Below are positions 1-7,931 of a DNA stretch of 27,398 nucleotides, in pieces. Within the stretch, counting starts at the first letter, position 1, and every line of letters starts with the position of its first letter. The stretch comes from Candidatus Zhuqueibacterota bacterium. Its GTDB lineage: Bacteria; Zhuqueibacterota; Zhuqueibacteria; Thermofontimicrobiales; Thermofontimicrobiaceae. The DNA is taken from the NCBI GenBank assembly GCA_049322915.1, contig JBMOPW010000006.1, positions 1 through 27,398 on the forward strand. Direction: 5' to 3'. The translations under genes were made by a program, and so were the position numbers. The notes below the pieces were generated by a model. It worked only from the letters and a program-made list of their open reading frames with translations, made no database searches and was not told where the DNA came from.

Positions 1-250
1 CCTGAATGGTGCTCTTTTTAGAATAAACGTATAAAAACTGAGTTTCAAAATAGCTTAGCCTTTAGCTAATTGAAAATCTCAATGTTGACTCAAATTCTGA
101 GCAAGTTCATGAATAATTCAGGTTAGAGATCGTTGTGCGAATCTGGAAAGAAGCGGCGCACCGTTATTTCTGTTTCGTGAGCACGGCATCGCACCTCATG
201 TTTCTGGCGCATGACATCGCACGCCGGGCGTCTTCGATGATGACATGCAG

Positions 251-1708
251 TTATTTCAAACCCAGTTCCTTGCACATGCGGTAGTAATTCGGTGGAGCCA
301 GTCCCAGCCATCGGGCGGCTTCGGCGTCGGAGGTCGAATGATTGCGGACGTACTCGAAGTACTCGAGCTTGATTTTTTTTTCCATCTCCCGCCAGGGCAT
401 CACCTCGTTGGGCGCGAACTGGAAATACTTACCCTGGGCTTTGAGCGAATGATGATCCATGGGAAGGCCTAGCGCTATCTGGACATGAGACACATTCAGC
501 AGCGATTCCCCATAAAACAGCAAGCGTTCGACGACATTCTGCAACTCGCGGACATTCCCCGGCCAGGAATAGTTGGTGAGCATCACCAGTCCTTCTGCAT
601 CGATTTTCGGAGTCTCACGATTCATATCTGCGCTGTATTTTCTCAGAAAATGATCGACCAGAAGAGGAATATCATCGCGCCGTTCTCGCAGCAGCGGGAC
701 ATGGATGGGGACGACATTGAGACGATAATACAAGTCCTCCCGGAATCGCCGATTCTGCACCTCGTCTTTCAGGTTTTTATTCGTCGCGGCAATGATTCGG
801 ACGTCCACTTTAATCTTGCCGGTCCGACCGATTTTATCAATTTCGCCCTCCTGAATCACGCGCAGCAGCGTGGATTGTGTGGCTAACGGCAGTTCGGTTA
901 TTTCATCCAGAAATACCGTGCCCTGATGCGCCACCTCGAATAATCCAGGCTTATTCATGTCAGCCCCGGTGAACGAGCCTTTTTCAAAGCCAAACAGCTC
1001 ACTCTCGATCAAATTCTCCGGCAGGCTGCCGCAATTGATCGGGACAAAATTTTCGAATTTCCGCCTTCCCCGGTAATGGATATTGGCGGCGACCAGTTCT
1101 TTGCCTGTGCCGGAAGAGCCGGTGATCAGAATATTGCTGTCCGACTCAGCGCTCCTCTCGATTTGCTGGCGCAAACTTTTAATGGCGTCGGATTCACCAA
1201 TGATCTGTTTTTTATTCAAAATATCATCAATATTTTTGGTGAGCCGTTGATTTGACTTCACCCGCTCTTCCTCTAACTTCTTCTTTTCGAACGCATTGAC
1301 GATACTCAGTATGAAATCCGTGGGCTGATAAATATATTCTTCGATATCGATCGGGTATTTTGTGCAGTACCAGCCGGCGCCGGCTTCCAGCAATTGATTG
1401 GCAAATTCATAATCGGTCATATTGATGGTCATTTTCGTGACCACGATAACCTGAATGGTGGGGTTGATCTGCTTGATTTTCTGTATCAACTTTTCCCCCA
1501 TGATGCCGCCGGCAATCTGGAAATCCATGATCACAACATCGTAGCCGTTCCTGTCATTCTCGAGCAAATCAAGTGCGACGCGACCATTGGAAACAATGTC
1601 CTTGATGGCGATTCGATTGGCAAATGGCTTGAGTGTATTTCGGATCCGATTGACATCGAATTCTTCATCTTCAATGATCAAGACCGTAATTTTGCGGCTC
1701 GTTTTCAT
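251..1708 (-). CDS. Sigma-54-dependent response regulator (NtrC family: REC, AAA+ and Fis-type HTH domains)
   Basis: REC domain (IIEDE, phosphoacceptor VIMD), Walker A GSSGTGKE, ESELFG..KGSFTGA (GAFTGA loop variant), Walker B FLDEI, FREDLYYRLNV, WPGNVREL, and C-terminal HTH AARWLGL..YYR. Confidence 0.95.
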   Translation of the reverse strand: MKTSRKITVLIIEDEEFDVNRIRNTLKPFANRIAIKDIVSNGRVALDLLENDRNGYDVVIMDFQIAGGIMGEKLIQKIKQINPTIQVIVVTKMTINMTDYEFANQLLEAGAGWYCTKYPIDIEEYIYQPTDFILSIVNAFEKKKLEEERVKSNQRLTKNIDDILNKKQIIGESDAIKSLRQQIERSAESDSNILITGSSGTGKELVAANIHYRGRRKFENFVPINCGSLPENLIESELFGFEKGSFTGADMNKPGLFEVAHQGTVFLDEITELPLATQSTLLRVIQEGEIDKIGRTGKIKVDVRIIAATNKNLKDEVQNRRFREDLYYRLNVVPIHVPLLRERRDDIPLLVDHFLRKYSADMNRETPKIDAEGLVMLTNYSWPGNVRELQNVVERLLFYGESLLNVSHVQIALGLPMDHHSLKAQGKYFQFAPNEVMPWREMEKKIKLEYFEYVRNHSTSDAEAARWLGLAPPNYYRMCKELGLK

Positions 1709-1785
1709 GGCGCTCCTGTGATTTATGAAATAAGTCCGTCGGAATGGACAACCTCTCCAGGTTTCGATTGCAGAAATGTAGCGGT

Positions 1786-1814
1786 AATGTATTGCATTTC
1801 ATTGAAAAAAGCAA
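1786..1814 (-). promoter_or_regulatory. Putative sigma-70 promoter for the response regulator gene
   Basis: TTGCTT-17 nt-TACATT on the minus strand, about 80 nt upstream of the ATG at 1708. Confidence 0.35.
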
Positions 1815-1874
1815 ACTGTTTTATTGCCTTCCACAGGATTACTTTCGTCGCGTTACCAGCCGTCACAGCCGGAA

Positions 1875-2927
1875 TCATGAAAGTAGCCCCCGGGCTTTCA
1901 GCAATTCGGCATTGAGTACCGCCGCGCCAGCAGCGCCGCGAATTGTGTTATGGCCAAGCACAACGCATTTGATATCGAAAATCGGGCAGGGACGAATTCG
2001 GCCAACGACCACAGCCATGCCATTTTCCCGGGTGCGGTCCAACCGGGGCTGCGGTCTGTTCGGCTCGCGCCGGACAATGATGGGTCGAACAGGCGCAGTC
2101 GGCAGACCGAGTTGCTGCGGCAAAGCCGTGAATTGCTCCAGCTCTCCGGCGACTTCCCCGGGAGTTGCCGGTTGATTCAATTTCAGCGCCACCGTCATCA
2201 GATGGCCGTCGCTGACAGCGACGCGGTTGACCTGTGCGCTGATGCGAATGTCCGCAAAGGAGATGCCGCTGGCTGTCGCGGCGCCCAAAATTTTTCGCGT
2301 CTCCGATTCAATTTTTTCCTCCTCCCCGGCGATGAACGGGATGACATTGTCGAGGATATCCAGCGCGGCATGACCGGGATAGCCCGCGCCGGAAATCGCC
2401 TGCATGGTCGTGACAAACATGCTCTCGACGCCCCACTTTCTGTGAATCGGCGCGGCAATCATGGCCAGTGGTATCGCCACGCAGTTGGGATTGGTCACAA
2501 TGAATCCGCCGGCTGATTGGCGTCGGGACTTTTGCATCGGGATCACCTGCGTATGGTCGGGATTCACTTCCGGGATGAGCAGCGGCACGTCCGACTCCAT
2601 GCGGTGATTGCGCGCGTTACTGACCACGATGTGCCCGTTGTTCGCGAATGCATCCTCAATTTCAAGCGCCACGGCAGAACTCAATCCGGAAAAGAGGACG
2701 CGGCAGGCCATGTCCGGCGCTGCCGGGACAACCATCATGTCGCGCACCGATTCAGGCATGTCCGAGTCCAGTCGCCAGAAACACGCATCGCGATATTTTT
2801 TGCCAGCCGATTTGGGGGAGGCTGCCAGCGTCGTCAGGCGGAACCAGGGATGATGCGCCAGCAGTTGCACCAGTCGCTGTCCGACCAGACCAGTGGCGCC
2901 AAGAATGCCAACATCAATTTTTTCCAT
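1875..2927 (-). CDS. asd: Aspartate-semialdehyde dehydrogenase (archaeal/fungal-like subtype)
   Basis: Rossmann motif ILGATGLVGQ, VPLLIPEVN, catalytic TNPNC, QAISGAGYPG, RVAVSDGH and HNTIRGAAG. Start chosen at MEKID (2927); 2933 and 2945 are alternatives. Overlaps the lysC stop. Confidence 0.95.
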   Translation of the reverse strand: MEKIDVGILGATGLVGQRLVQLLAHHPWFRLTTLAASPKSAGKKYRDACFWRLDSDMPESVRDMMVVPAAPDMACRVLFSGLSSAVALEIEDAFANNGHIVVSNARNHRMESDVPLLIPEVNPDHTQVIPMQKSRRQSAGGFIVTNPNCVAIPLAMIAAPIHRKWGVESMFVTTMQAISGAGYPGHAALDILDNVIPFIAGEEEKIESETRKILGAATASGISFADIRISAQVNRVAVSDGHLMTVALKLNQPATPGEVAGELEQFTALPQQLGLPTAPVRPIIVRREPNRPQPRLDRTRENGMAVVVGRIRPCPIFDIKCVVLGHNTIRGAAGAAVLNAELLKARGLLS

Positions 2928-3429
2928 TGCCATTTCCCAATACATTTCTCTTCAGGGTGTGCAGTTCAAACTTTTGATGCAGTTGCAGAACCGCCTCATC
3001 AATCCGGTCGGCCGGGACGATTCCGGTTATTTTTATTTCAGACGTGCTGGTCATCAGGACTTCAATGTTGCTGTTGGCCAGCGTTTCGAACATCTCGTAA
3101 GCGACGCCGTAATGAGTGGCGATGCCGGAACCGACAATCGAAACCTGGGCCAGGTGGCTGCGGATGAGATAGCCCTCGCATCTGTTCGCCGCACGAAAGT
3201 CGGTCAAGATGGCCTCAATTTTTGCAACGTCCTCCGGATGAACGACCAGCGACAAATTCGTCCGATCCACGCCGGCCTTGTTGGAGCAGAGGAGGATAAT
3301 ATTAATTCTCTGCGAGGTGAATTGTCCCAAAATATCGGCCGTGTCGTGGGAATTGATTTGGATACCCTGAATTTCGATCAGGGTCACAGGGGTGTTGGCA
3401 GCAATGCCGGTGATTGTCACATTTTCCAA
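2914..3429 (-). CDS. Putative nested in-frame aspartokinase beta (regulatory) subunit, 171 aa, TTG start
   Basis: Codon 245 of lysC is TTG, preceded by GGAG 6 nt upstream, and opens (M)ENVTITGIA. This is the position where alpha2beta2 aspartokinases (Bacillus AKII, Corynebacterium) start their beta subunit. Confidence 0.55.
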   Translation of the reverse strand: MENVTITGIAANTPVTLIEIQGIQINSHDTADILGQFTSQRINIILLCSNKAGVDRTNLSLVVHPEDVAKIEAILTDFRAANRCEGYLIRSHLAQVSIVGSGIATHYGVAYEMFETLANSNIEVLMTSTSEIKITGIVPADRIDEAVLQLHQKFELHTLKRNVLGNGNGKN

Positions 3430-4161
3430 TTCCTGCTCCGTGGTTATAATTGTTCCCGGGGTTGGATTAAAGCTGGAGCGCACCCGAATTCGAAGGTTGC
3501 TTTTCCGGGCAATTTCCACGGCGCGCCCCATCATGACCTGAGCGCCGGAGGCGGCCAGCTCTAACATTTCTTCATAGGAAATTCCTTGCAGCAGAGAGGC
3601 GTTGCGCACCAATCCAGGGTCTGCCGTGTAAATGCCGTCCACATCGGTGAAAATATCGCAGAAGCGGGCGCCCAGCGCACTTGCCAGCGCTACAGCCGAT
3701 GCATCGGAGCCGCCGCGACCCAGCACGGTAATCTCGTCCGCCATGCGACCCTGAAAACCGGCCACGACGACAATCTCGCCCTGGCGCAACAGCCGCTTGA
3801 TGCGCGTCGTGTCAATATCGGTGATTCGCGCGTTCGCATAGCTTTCATCCGTGGAAATACCGCCCTGGGCTCCGGTGAGAGCCGTCGATTTAGCGCCCAA
3901 CGACTGAATCGCCAGGGCCAGCAGCGCCGTGGAGATGATCTCCCCGGTCGATAGCAGCATGCCCAATTCCCGCTGACGCGGCTGCGCCGTCACCTGTTTC
4001 ACCAATTGCAGCAGATCATCCGTGGTCGTGCCCATGGCTGAAACAACAACCACCACGGCGTATCCCTTCTGCTGGAAAGCCACGCTTCGTTCGGCGATAG
4101 CCTGAATTCGGGCAACCGATCCGACCGATGTTCCGCCGTATTTTTGAACCAGAATTTTCAT
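2914..4161 (-). CDS. lysC: Aspartate kinase (about 415 aa, two C-terminal ACT domains)
   Basis: VQKYGGTSV, VVVSAMG.TTD, VAGFQG, LGRGGSD, IFTDVDGIYTADP and ACT motifs (VSIVGSG, STSEIKI). ATGA overlap with the metX stop. Confidence 0.96.
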   Translation of the reverse strand: MKILVQKYGGTSVGSVARIQAIAERSVAFQQKGYAVVVVVSAMGTTTDDLLQLVKQVTAQPRQRELGMLLSTGEIISTALLALAIQSLGAKSTALTGAQGGISTDESYANARITDIDTTRIKRLLRQGEIVVVAGFQGRMADEITVLGRGGSDASAVALASALGARFCDIFTDVDGIYTADPGLVRNASLLQGISYEEMLELAASGAQVMMGRAVEIARKSNLRIRVRSSFNPTPGTIITTEQELENVTITGIAANTPVTLIEIQGIQINSHDTADILGQFTSQRINIILLCSNKAGVDRTNLSLVVHPEDVAKIEAILTDFRAANRCEGYLIRSHLAQVSIVGSGIATHYGVAYEMFETLANSNIEVLMTSTSEIKITGIVPADRIDEAVLQLHQKFELHTLKRNVLGNGNGKN

Positions 4162-5288
4162 GCGTCCATTTTCTCCGGAGTTTTTGCAGACCAGACCTCG
4201 CGCAGAAACTCGCCCACCAGGGTGCTGACCTGTTCTTTCTCCACTAAAAAGGCGTCGTGCCCATACAGCGATTCCACTTCTTCATAATAAATATCCGGAT
4301 TGGCGTAACGCAAAATTCGCACTATCTCTTTCTGCTGATGAACCGGAAACAGCAAGTCGGAGTCGATGCCGATGATGAGCAGCTTGGACCGGATGCGGCG
4401 CACGCCCTCTTCGTACGATTTGAAGCCAAAACCCAAATCGTGGAAGTCCATTGCTTTGGACAGGTACAGATAGGTATTGGCGTCGAACCATCGGGCCAGT
4501 TTTTGTCCCTGATGTTCGAGATAATCCTCCACTTCGAAGCGCCCATTGATGTCATAAAACTGCTCATCGCAAACACTACGACCGAATCGAACGGCGAATT
4601 CTCTCTCCGACCGATAGGTGATGTGGCCGATCATGCGCGCCAGTTCCAGGCCGCGTTGAGGAATGGAGACGCCGTAGTAATTGCCGCTGCGCCAGTCAGG
4701 ATCCAGCATGATGGCCTTGCGCTGCGCCTTGCGAAATGCGATGGACTGCGGATAGGCGCGTCCCGGCGATGCAATGGGAATAATGGATTCAACCTGGTCC
4801 GGGAACATGGCCGCCCATTCCAGCGCCTGCATGCCGCCCATGGACCCGCCCACTATCGTCAACAGCTTGTTCACCCCCAGCATGTCGATGAGCCGCTTTT
4901 CCGCGCGAACCATGTCCCTGATGGTTACTGCCGGAAATGTCAGTCCGAATGGCCTGCCGGTGGTCTCGTCGATGGACGACGGGCCGCTGGACCCGGAGCA
5001 TCCGCCAAGCACATTGGGGCAGATGACGTAGAACTGGTTCGTGTCCACGGCCTTGCCCGGCCCGATGAGCGATTCCCACCAGCCAGGTTCGCCGCCGTCG
5101 TCGTTACTGGTGCAATGGCTGGTGCCGGTGAGCGCGTGAGCGATGAGAATCGCATTATCCCCAGCGCTGTTCAGCCGGCCCCATGCCTCGTAGCGGATGG
5201 TCGCTGCCGGCAAAACCTGTCCGTTCTCGAACGCGACGGATTCGAACCGGACATCTTTCAATTCATGGGGACTTTGTATCGATTTCAA
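4158..5288 (-). CDS. metX: Homoserine O-acyl(acetyl)transferase, MetX family
   Basis: NAILIAHALTG, GWWESLIGPGKAVDT, nucleophile elbow GGSMGGMQ, catalytic Asp (DSDLLFP) and His (GHDAFL). GGAGG RBS 4 nt before the TTG start. Confidence 0.93.
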   Translation of the reverse strand: MKSIQSPHELKDVRFESVAFENGQVLPAATIRYEAWGRLNSAGDNAILIAHALTGTSHCTSNDDGGEPGWWESLIGPGKAVDTNQFYVICPNVLGGCSGSSGPSSIDETTGRPFGLTFPAVTIRDMVRAEKRLIDMLGVNKLLTIVGGSMGGMQALEWAAMFPDQVESIIPIASPGRAYPQSIAFRKAQRKAIMLDPDWRSGNYYGVSIPQRGLELARMIGHITYRSEREFAVRFGRSVCDEQFYDINGRFEVEDYLEHQGQKLARWFDANTYLYLSKAMDFHDLGFGFKSYEEGVRRIRSKLLIIGIDSDLLFPVHQQKEIVRILRYANPDIYYEEVESLYGHDAFLVEKEQVSTLVGEFLREVWSAKTPEKMDA

Positions 5289-5305
5289 GCTTCCTCCGAT
5301 GCTTC

Positions 5306-5337
5306 AAAAAAAAACCTTCTCTTTGAAGGAGAAGGTT
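5306..5337 (-). terminator. Intrinsic terminator of the SAM riboswitch expression platform
   Basis: Stem AACCTTCTC / GAGAAGGTT with a 7-nt loop and a T9 run, lying between the aptamer and the metX RBS. Confidence 0.9.
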
Positions 5338-5351
5338 CAAATACAACGTAA

Positions 5352-5458
5352 GTTTATCTCCCAAAGATATTTCTTTGTAGGAATTAGCACCTTGCATCAC
5401 GATGACTGCAGGTTGCTAAGGCGTCAGCGGGCCCGTCCCTCAGCCTTTCTGGATAAAC
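5352..5458 (-). promoter_or_regulatory. SAM-I (S-box) riboswitch aptamer
   Basis: Minus strand reads GTTTATCCAGAAAGGCTGAGGGACGGGCCCGCTGACGCCTTAGCAACC...AAGGTGCTAATTCC...GGAGATAAAC. P1 is GTTTATC/GATAAAC, and the GAGGGA kink-turn, GCAACC and GGTGCTAA hallmarks are present. It sits upstream of a Met biosynthesis gene. Confidence 0.96.
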
Positions 5459-5489
5459 AAAAATCCCTTCTCTGCAACAACGAGAAGGG
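5455..5489 (-). terminator. Attenuator-like intrinsic terminator between the leader peptide and the riboswitch
   Basis: Stem CCCTTCTC / GAGAAGGG (8 bp, 9-nt loop) followed by ATTTTTGTTT, whose last bases are the 5' strand of riboswitch P1. Confidence 0.75.
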
Positions 5490-5541
5490 TTCATAGTCAA
5501 TTTTTATGAACTTGATTTGGCAGAGATTAGCCGCAGCGCGG

Positions 5542-5607
5542 TCATGTCATCATGCGCATGCCCATAGGCAATAACAGAAAAATTTCTCCGGCCAAACGAT
5601 ACCTCAT
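5542..5607 (-). CDS. Putative Met-rich leader peptide MRYRLAGEIFLLLPMGMRMMT (21 aa)
   Basis: Translated by hand. SD-like AAGGTGA lies just before the ATG, and 4 of the last 7 codons are ATG. It sits between a good promoter and a terminator hairpin upstream of the metX operon. Confidence 0.7.
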   Translation of the reverse strand: MRYRLAGEIFLLLPMGMRMMT

Positions 5608-5634
5608 GGATTCACCTTAAATTTTTGTTGGTTC

Positions 5635-5662
5635 AATATAGCAATTTTTTCGAAAAATGCAA
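5635..5662 (-). promoter_or_regulatory. Putative sigma-70 promoter of the met leader and the metX-lysC-asd operon
   Basis: TTGCAT-16 nt-TATATT with an extended -10 TGn, 27 nt upstream of the leader-peptide ATG. Confidence 0.6.
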
Positions 5663-5819
5663 GCGATATTTCTCAGGACAAAGTATCACTGGTGCGGAGT
5701 CGGCGAGGATTACTGTGTCCACATCGGACAGGCCAGCGATTCAGTGTTCATTTTAGATAAGCACAGCAGTTCATGCCGATGGAGCGGCGCGCCGCCGTTC
5801 CGCCGATTCTGCAACAGGA

Positions 5820-7073
5820 TCAGCTATCGCTGTCCCGGTCGGATTTTTTTACAATTATTTTCACGGCGATCACCCGTTTTTCGTCCGCGCGTTCCACGAT
5901 GATTTTGCAATTCTCCAGCTCAATGCCCTCTTTGGGTTCGGGGATGGTTCCCATAGTTTCAATGACAAAACCACCGATCGAGGTATAATCCCCTTCCGGG
6001 ATGTGCAGGTCGAACTTATCGTTGATCTCATCGATCTCCGCCCGTGCATCCAGGATGATCGTAGTTGGATTGACTTTAAAATACATGTGCTTGTGGTCGA
6101 TGTCGAATTCATCATAGATTTCTCCGAACAATTCCTCAATCACATCTTCGAGGGTTACCAGGCCGGCTGTGCCGCCGTACTCATCCAGCACAATGGCGAT
6201 GCTGGTCTTCGTCCTTCGGAATTCCTGGAGCATTTCATAAGCGGATTTTGTCTCAGGCACGAACCGGATTTCCTGCATGATCTCCTCCATATTCTGGGGA
6301 AATCGGAACAGGTCCTTTGCATAGACAACCCCGATGATCGAATCGATATTTCCATCGCACACCGGCAGTCTCGAAAAACCCGACTGACAGAACGTCTTTC
6401 GCAATTTTGCGATGGATAAGGATTTATCCACAGCCATCATTTCAGTGCGGGGCACCATGGTTTCTTTGAGCCGGGTCTGGTTCAACTCAAAAATCCTGGC
6501 GATGATCTCATGCTCCATTGTCTCGATAATCCCGTGAATCTCGCTCTCCTGCATGAAGCGTTTGACGTCTGTGCGGGTGAGAATGTCTTCGACCTTTTGC
6601 TCTTTGGACGCGTGAAAAAGTTTTAACAGGAAATTCGATAGCGAAATGAAAAAGAAACCAACAGGGTAGAACAGATAATAAAACACCCGCAGAACATAGG
6701 AGTTTCGAATGATCAGTTGGTCCGCGGATTCCCGCGCAATCACCTTGGGGATGATTTCGCCCAGAATCAGCACGGTCAGAGAGGAAATGAGAATGATCAA
6801 TGATTCTTCAAAGGAGTCGCGCAAGAACAGAACAATGAAACTCGAAAACAGGACGTTAGCTAAATTGTTACCGATCAGCGTTGTAACGAACAACTTTTCC
6901 GAGCTTTTAATGAATTCAAAAACCTGTTTTGTGCCTTTTACTTTTCTCCGATGAAGGACCTCAATGCGAATTTTGTTGGCGGATAAAAATACCGTCTCGG
7001 AGCCGGAGAAAAACGCGCTCAGAATCAGCGCGATGACCATCAGTATCAATTCCACAGTCAGACCCGAATTCAA
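5820..7073 (-). CDS. HlyC/CorC (CNNM-CBS-CorC) family membrane protein, putative Mg2+/metal transporter
   Basis: LSAFFSGSET, TTLIGNNLAN, GEIIPK, MVPRTEM, FSRLPV, AIVLDEYGGTAGLVTLEDVIEELFGEI and a C-terminal CorC domain. TTG start overlaps the yigZ stop. Confidence 0.93.
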   Translation of the reverse strand: MNSGLTVELILMVIALILSAFFSGSETVFLSANKIRIEVLHRRKVKGTKQVFEFIKSSEKLFVTTLIGNNLANVLFSSFIVLFLRDSFEESLIILISSLTVLILGEIIPKVIARESADQLIIRNSYVLRVFYYLFYPVGFFFISLSNFLLKLFHASKEQKVEDILTRTDVKRFMQESEIHGIIETMEHEIIARIFELNQTRLKETMVPRTEMMAVDKSLSIAKLRKTFCQSGFSRLPVCDGNIDSIIGVVYAKDLFRFPQNMEEIMQEIRFVPETKSAYEMLQEFRRTKTSIAIVLDEYGGTAGLVTLEDVIEELFGEIYDEFDIDHKHMYFKVNPTTIILDARAEIDEINDKFDLHIPEGDYTSIGGFVIETMGTIPEPKEGIELENCKIIVERADEKRVIAVKIIVKKSDRDSDS

Positions 7074-7690
7074 TGAGTGATGGAAATATTGCCAGCAGTC
7101 TTTTCGATGAGCTGGTTTTTGAAATCCTCGAACACACTTCGCCGAACAGCCAGCGCCAGTTCAGTGCGGTCGCCGTAGAAAGACTCTTCGACGGTTGCAT
7201 CAAAGAGGTCGACGAGATGCATCACCGCGCCGGTCAGCGCGTAATCAAATTTCACCTTCGCCTGCGAATAGATATAGTTCCTGATGACGGGACAGGCGTC
7301 GAGCGCGAGGTTGGCGCAATCGGCGTAAGCATGCACCAATCCCCCCTTGCCCAGCTTGGTGCCGCCGAAATATCGCGTCACCACAACAGCGACATTGGCC
7401 AAATTTCTTCCCAGAATTGCGCTCAAAATGGGTTGTCCGGCCGTGCCGGAGGGTTCTCCATCATCGTTGAACCTCGTCGTGACGGACGGACTCAATCCGA
7501 AACTGTATGCGTAGCAGTTGTGCGTCGCGCTGTAAAATTGTCTGGCGATTGAATGGATGAATTCCGTGGCAAGTTCTTCTGTAGCGACCGGAGCAGCGTT
7601 CCCGATGAATCGGGATCCTTTGATTTTCAGTTCAGCCGTGCGTTGCTGTAATCCAATGGTAAAGTATTCGTCCTCATTCATAACTGGCAT
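7070..7690 (-). CDS. yigZ: YigZ/IMPACT family protein
   Basis: IKGSRFIG, ATHNCYAY, DDGEPSGTAGQP and VVVTRYFGGTKLGKGGLVHAY. Confidence 0.93.
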   Translation of the reverse strand: MPVMNEDEYFTIGLQQRTAELKIKGSRFIGNAAPVATEELATEFIHSIARQFYSATHNCYAYSFGLSPSVTTRFNDDGEPSGTAGQPILSAILGRNLANVAVVVTRYFGGTKLGKGGLVHAYADCANLALDACPVIRNYIYSQAKVKFDYALTGAVMHLVDLFDATVEESFYGDRTELALAVRRSVFEDFKNQLIEKTAGNISITH

Positions 7691-7712
7691 CTTGTTGAAC
7701 TTTGTCTCCCAT

Positions 7713-7743
7713 AAATAAAAGGGCTATCATTACGATAGCCCTT
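7713..7743 (-). terminator. Intrinsic terminator after the tRNA pair
   Basis: 10-bp stem AAGGGCTATC / GATAGCCCTT followed by TTATTT on the minus strand, 12 nt downstream of tRNA-Asp. Confidence 0.8.
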
Positions 7744-7755
7744 CTATGTATGCAG

Positions 7756-7830
7756 CGGGGTCGACGGGGCTCGAACCCGCGACCTTCGGCTTGACAGGCC
7801 GATGTGCTAACCAAACTGCACCACGACCCC
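7756..7830 (-). tRNA. tRNA-Asp(GTC)
   Basis: GGGGTCGTGGTGCAGTTTGGTTAGCACATCGGCCTGTCAAGCCGAAGGTCGCGGGTTCGAGCCCCGTCGACCCCG folds as a cloverleaf with anticodon GTC and T-loop GTTCGA. CCA is not encoded. Confidence 0.97.
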
Positions 7831-7856
7831 ATTTGTATTTTCATTCATGCTTCATG

Positions 7857-7931
7857 TGGGCGATACTGGACTTGAACCAGTGACCTCCTGCTTGTAAGGC
7901 AGGCGCTCTAAACCACCTGAGCTAATCGCCC
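7857..7931 (-). tRNA. tRNA-Val(TAC)
   Basis: GGGCGATTAGCTCAGGTGGTTTAGAGCGCCTGCCTTACAAGCAGGAGGTCACTGGTTCAAGTCCAGTATCGCCCA folds as a cloverleaf with anticodon TAC. CCA is not encoded. Confidence 0.97.

Noticed and set aside
203..221. TGGCGC...TCGCA as a sigma-54 promoter near the activator gene
   Set aside because: GG-to-GC spacing is one base too long, TTGC is absent, and it points into the 3' end of the gene.
4257..5351. 364-aa plus-strand ORF
   Set aside because: Antisense shadow of metX with no recognisable motifs; it also runs through the riboswitch terminator.
5780..5800. GC-rich hairpin after the CorC-family gene
   Set aside because: No U-tract on the coding strand and no second copy seen in the window, so not called as a terminator or REP element.
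7756..7931. tRNA genes as an island integration site
   Set aside because: No duplicated tRNA 3' end and no integrase in the window; the flanking genes are housekeeping.
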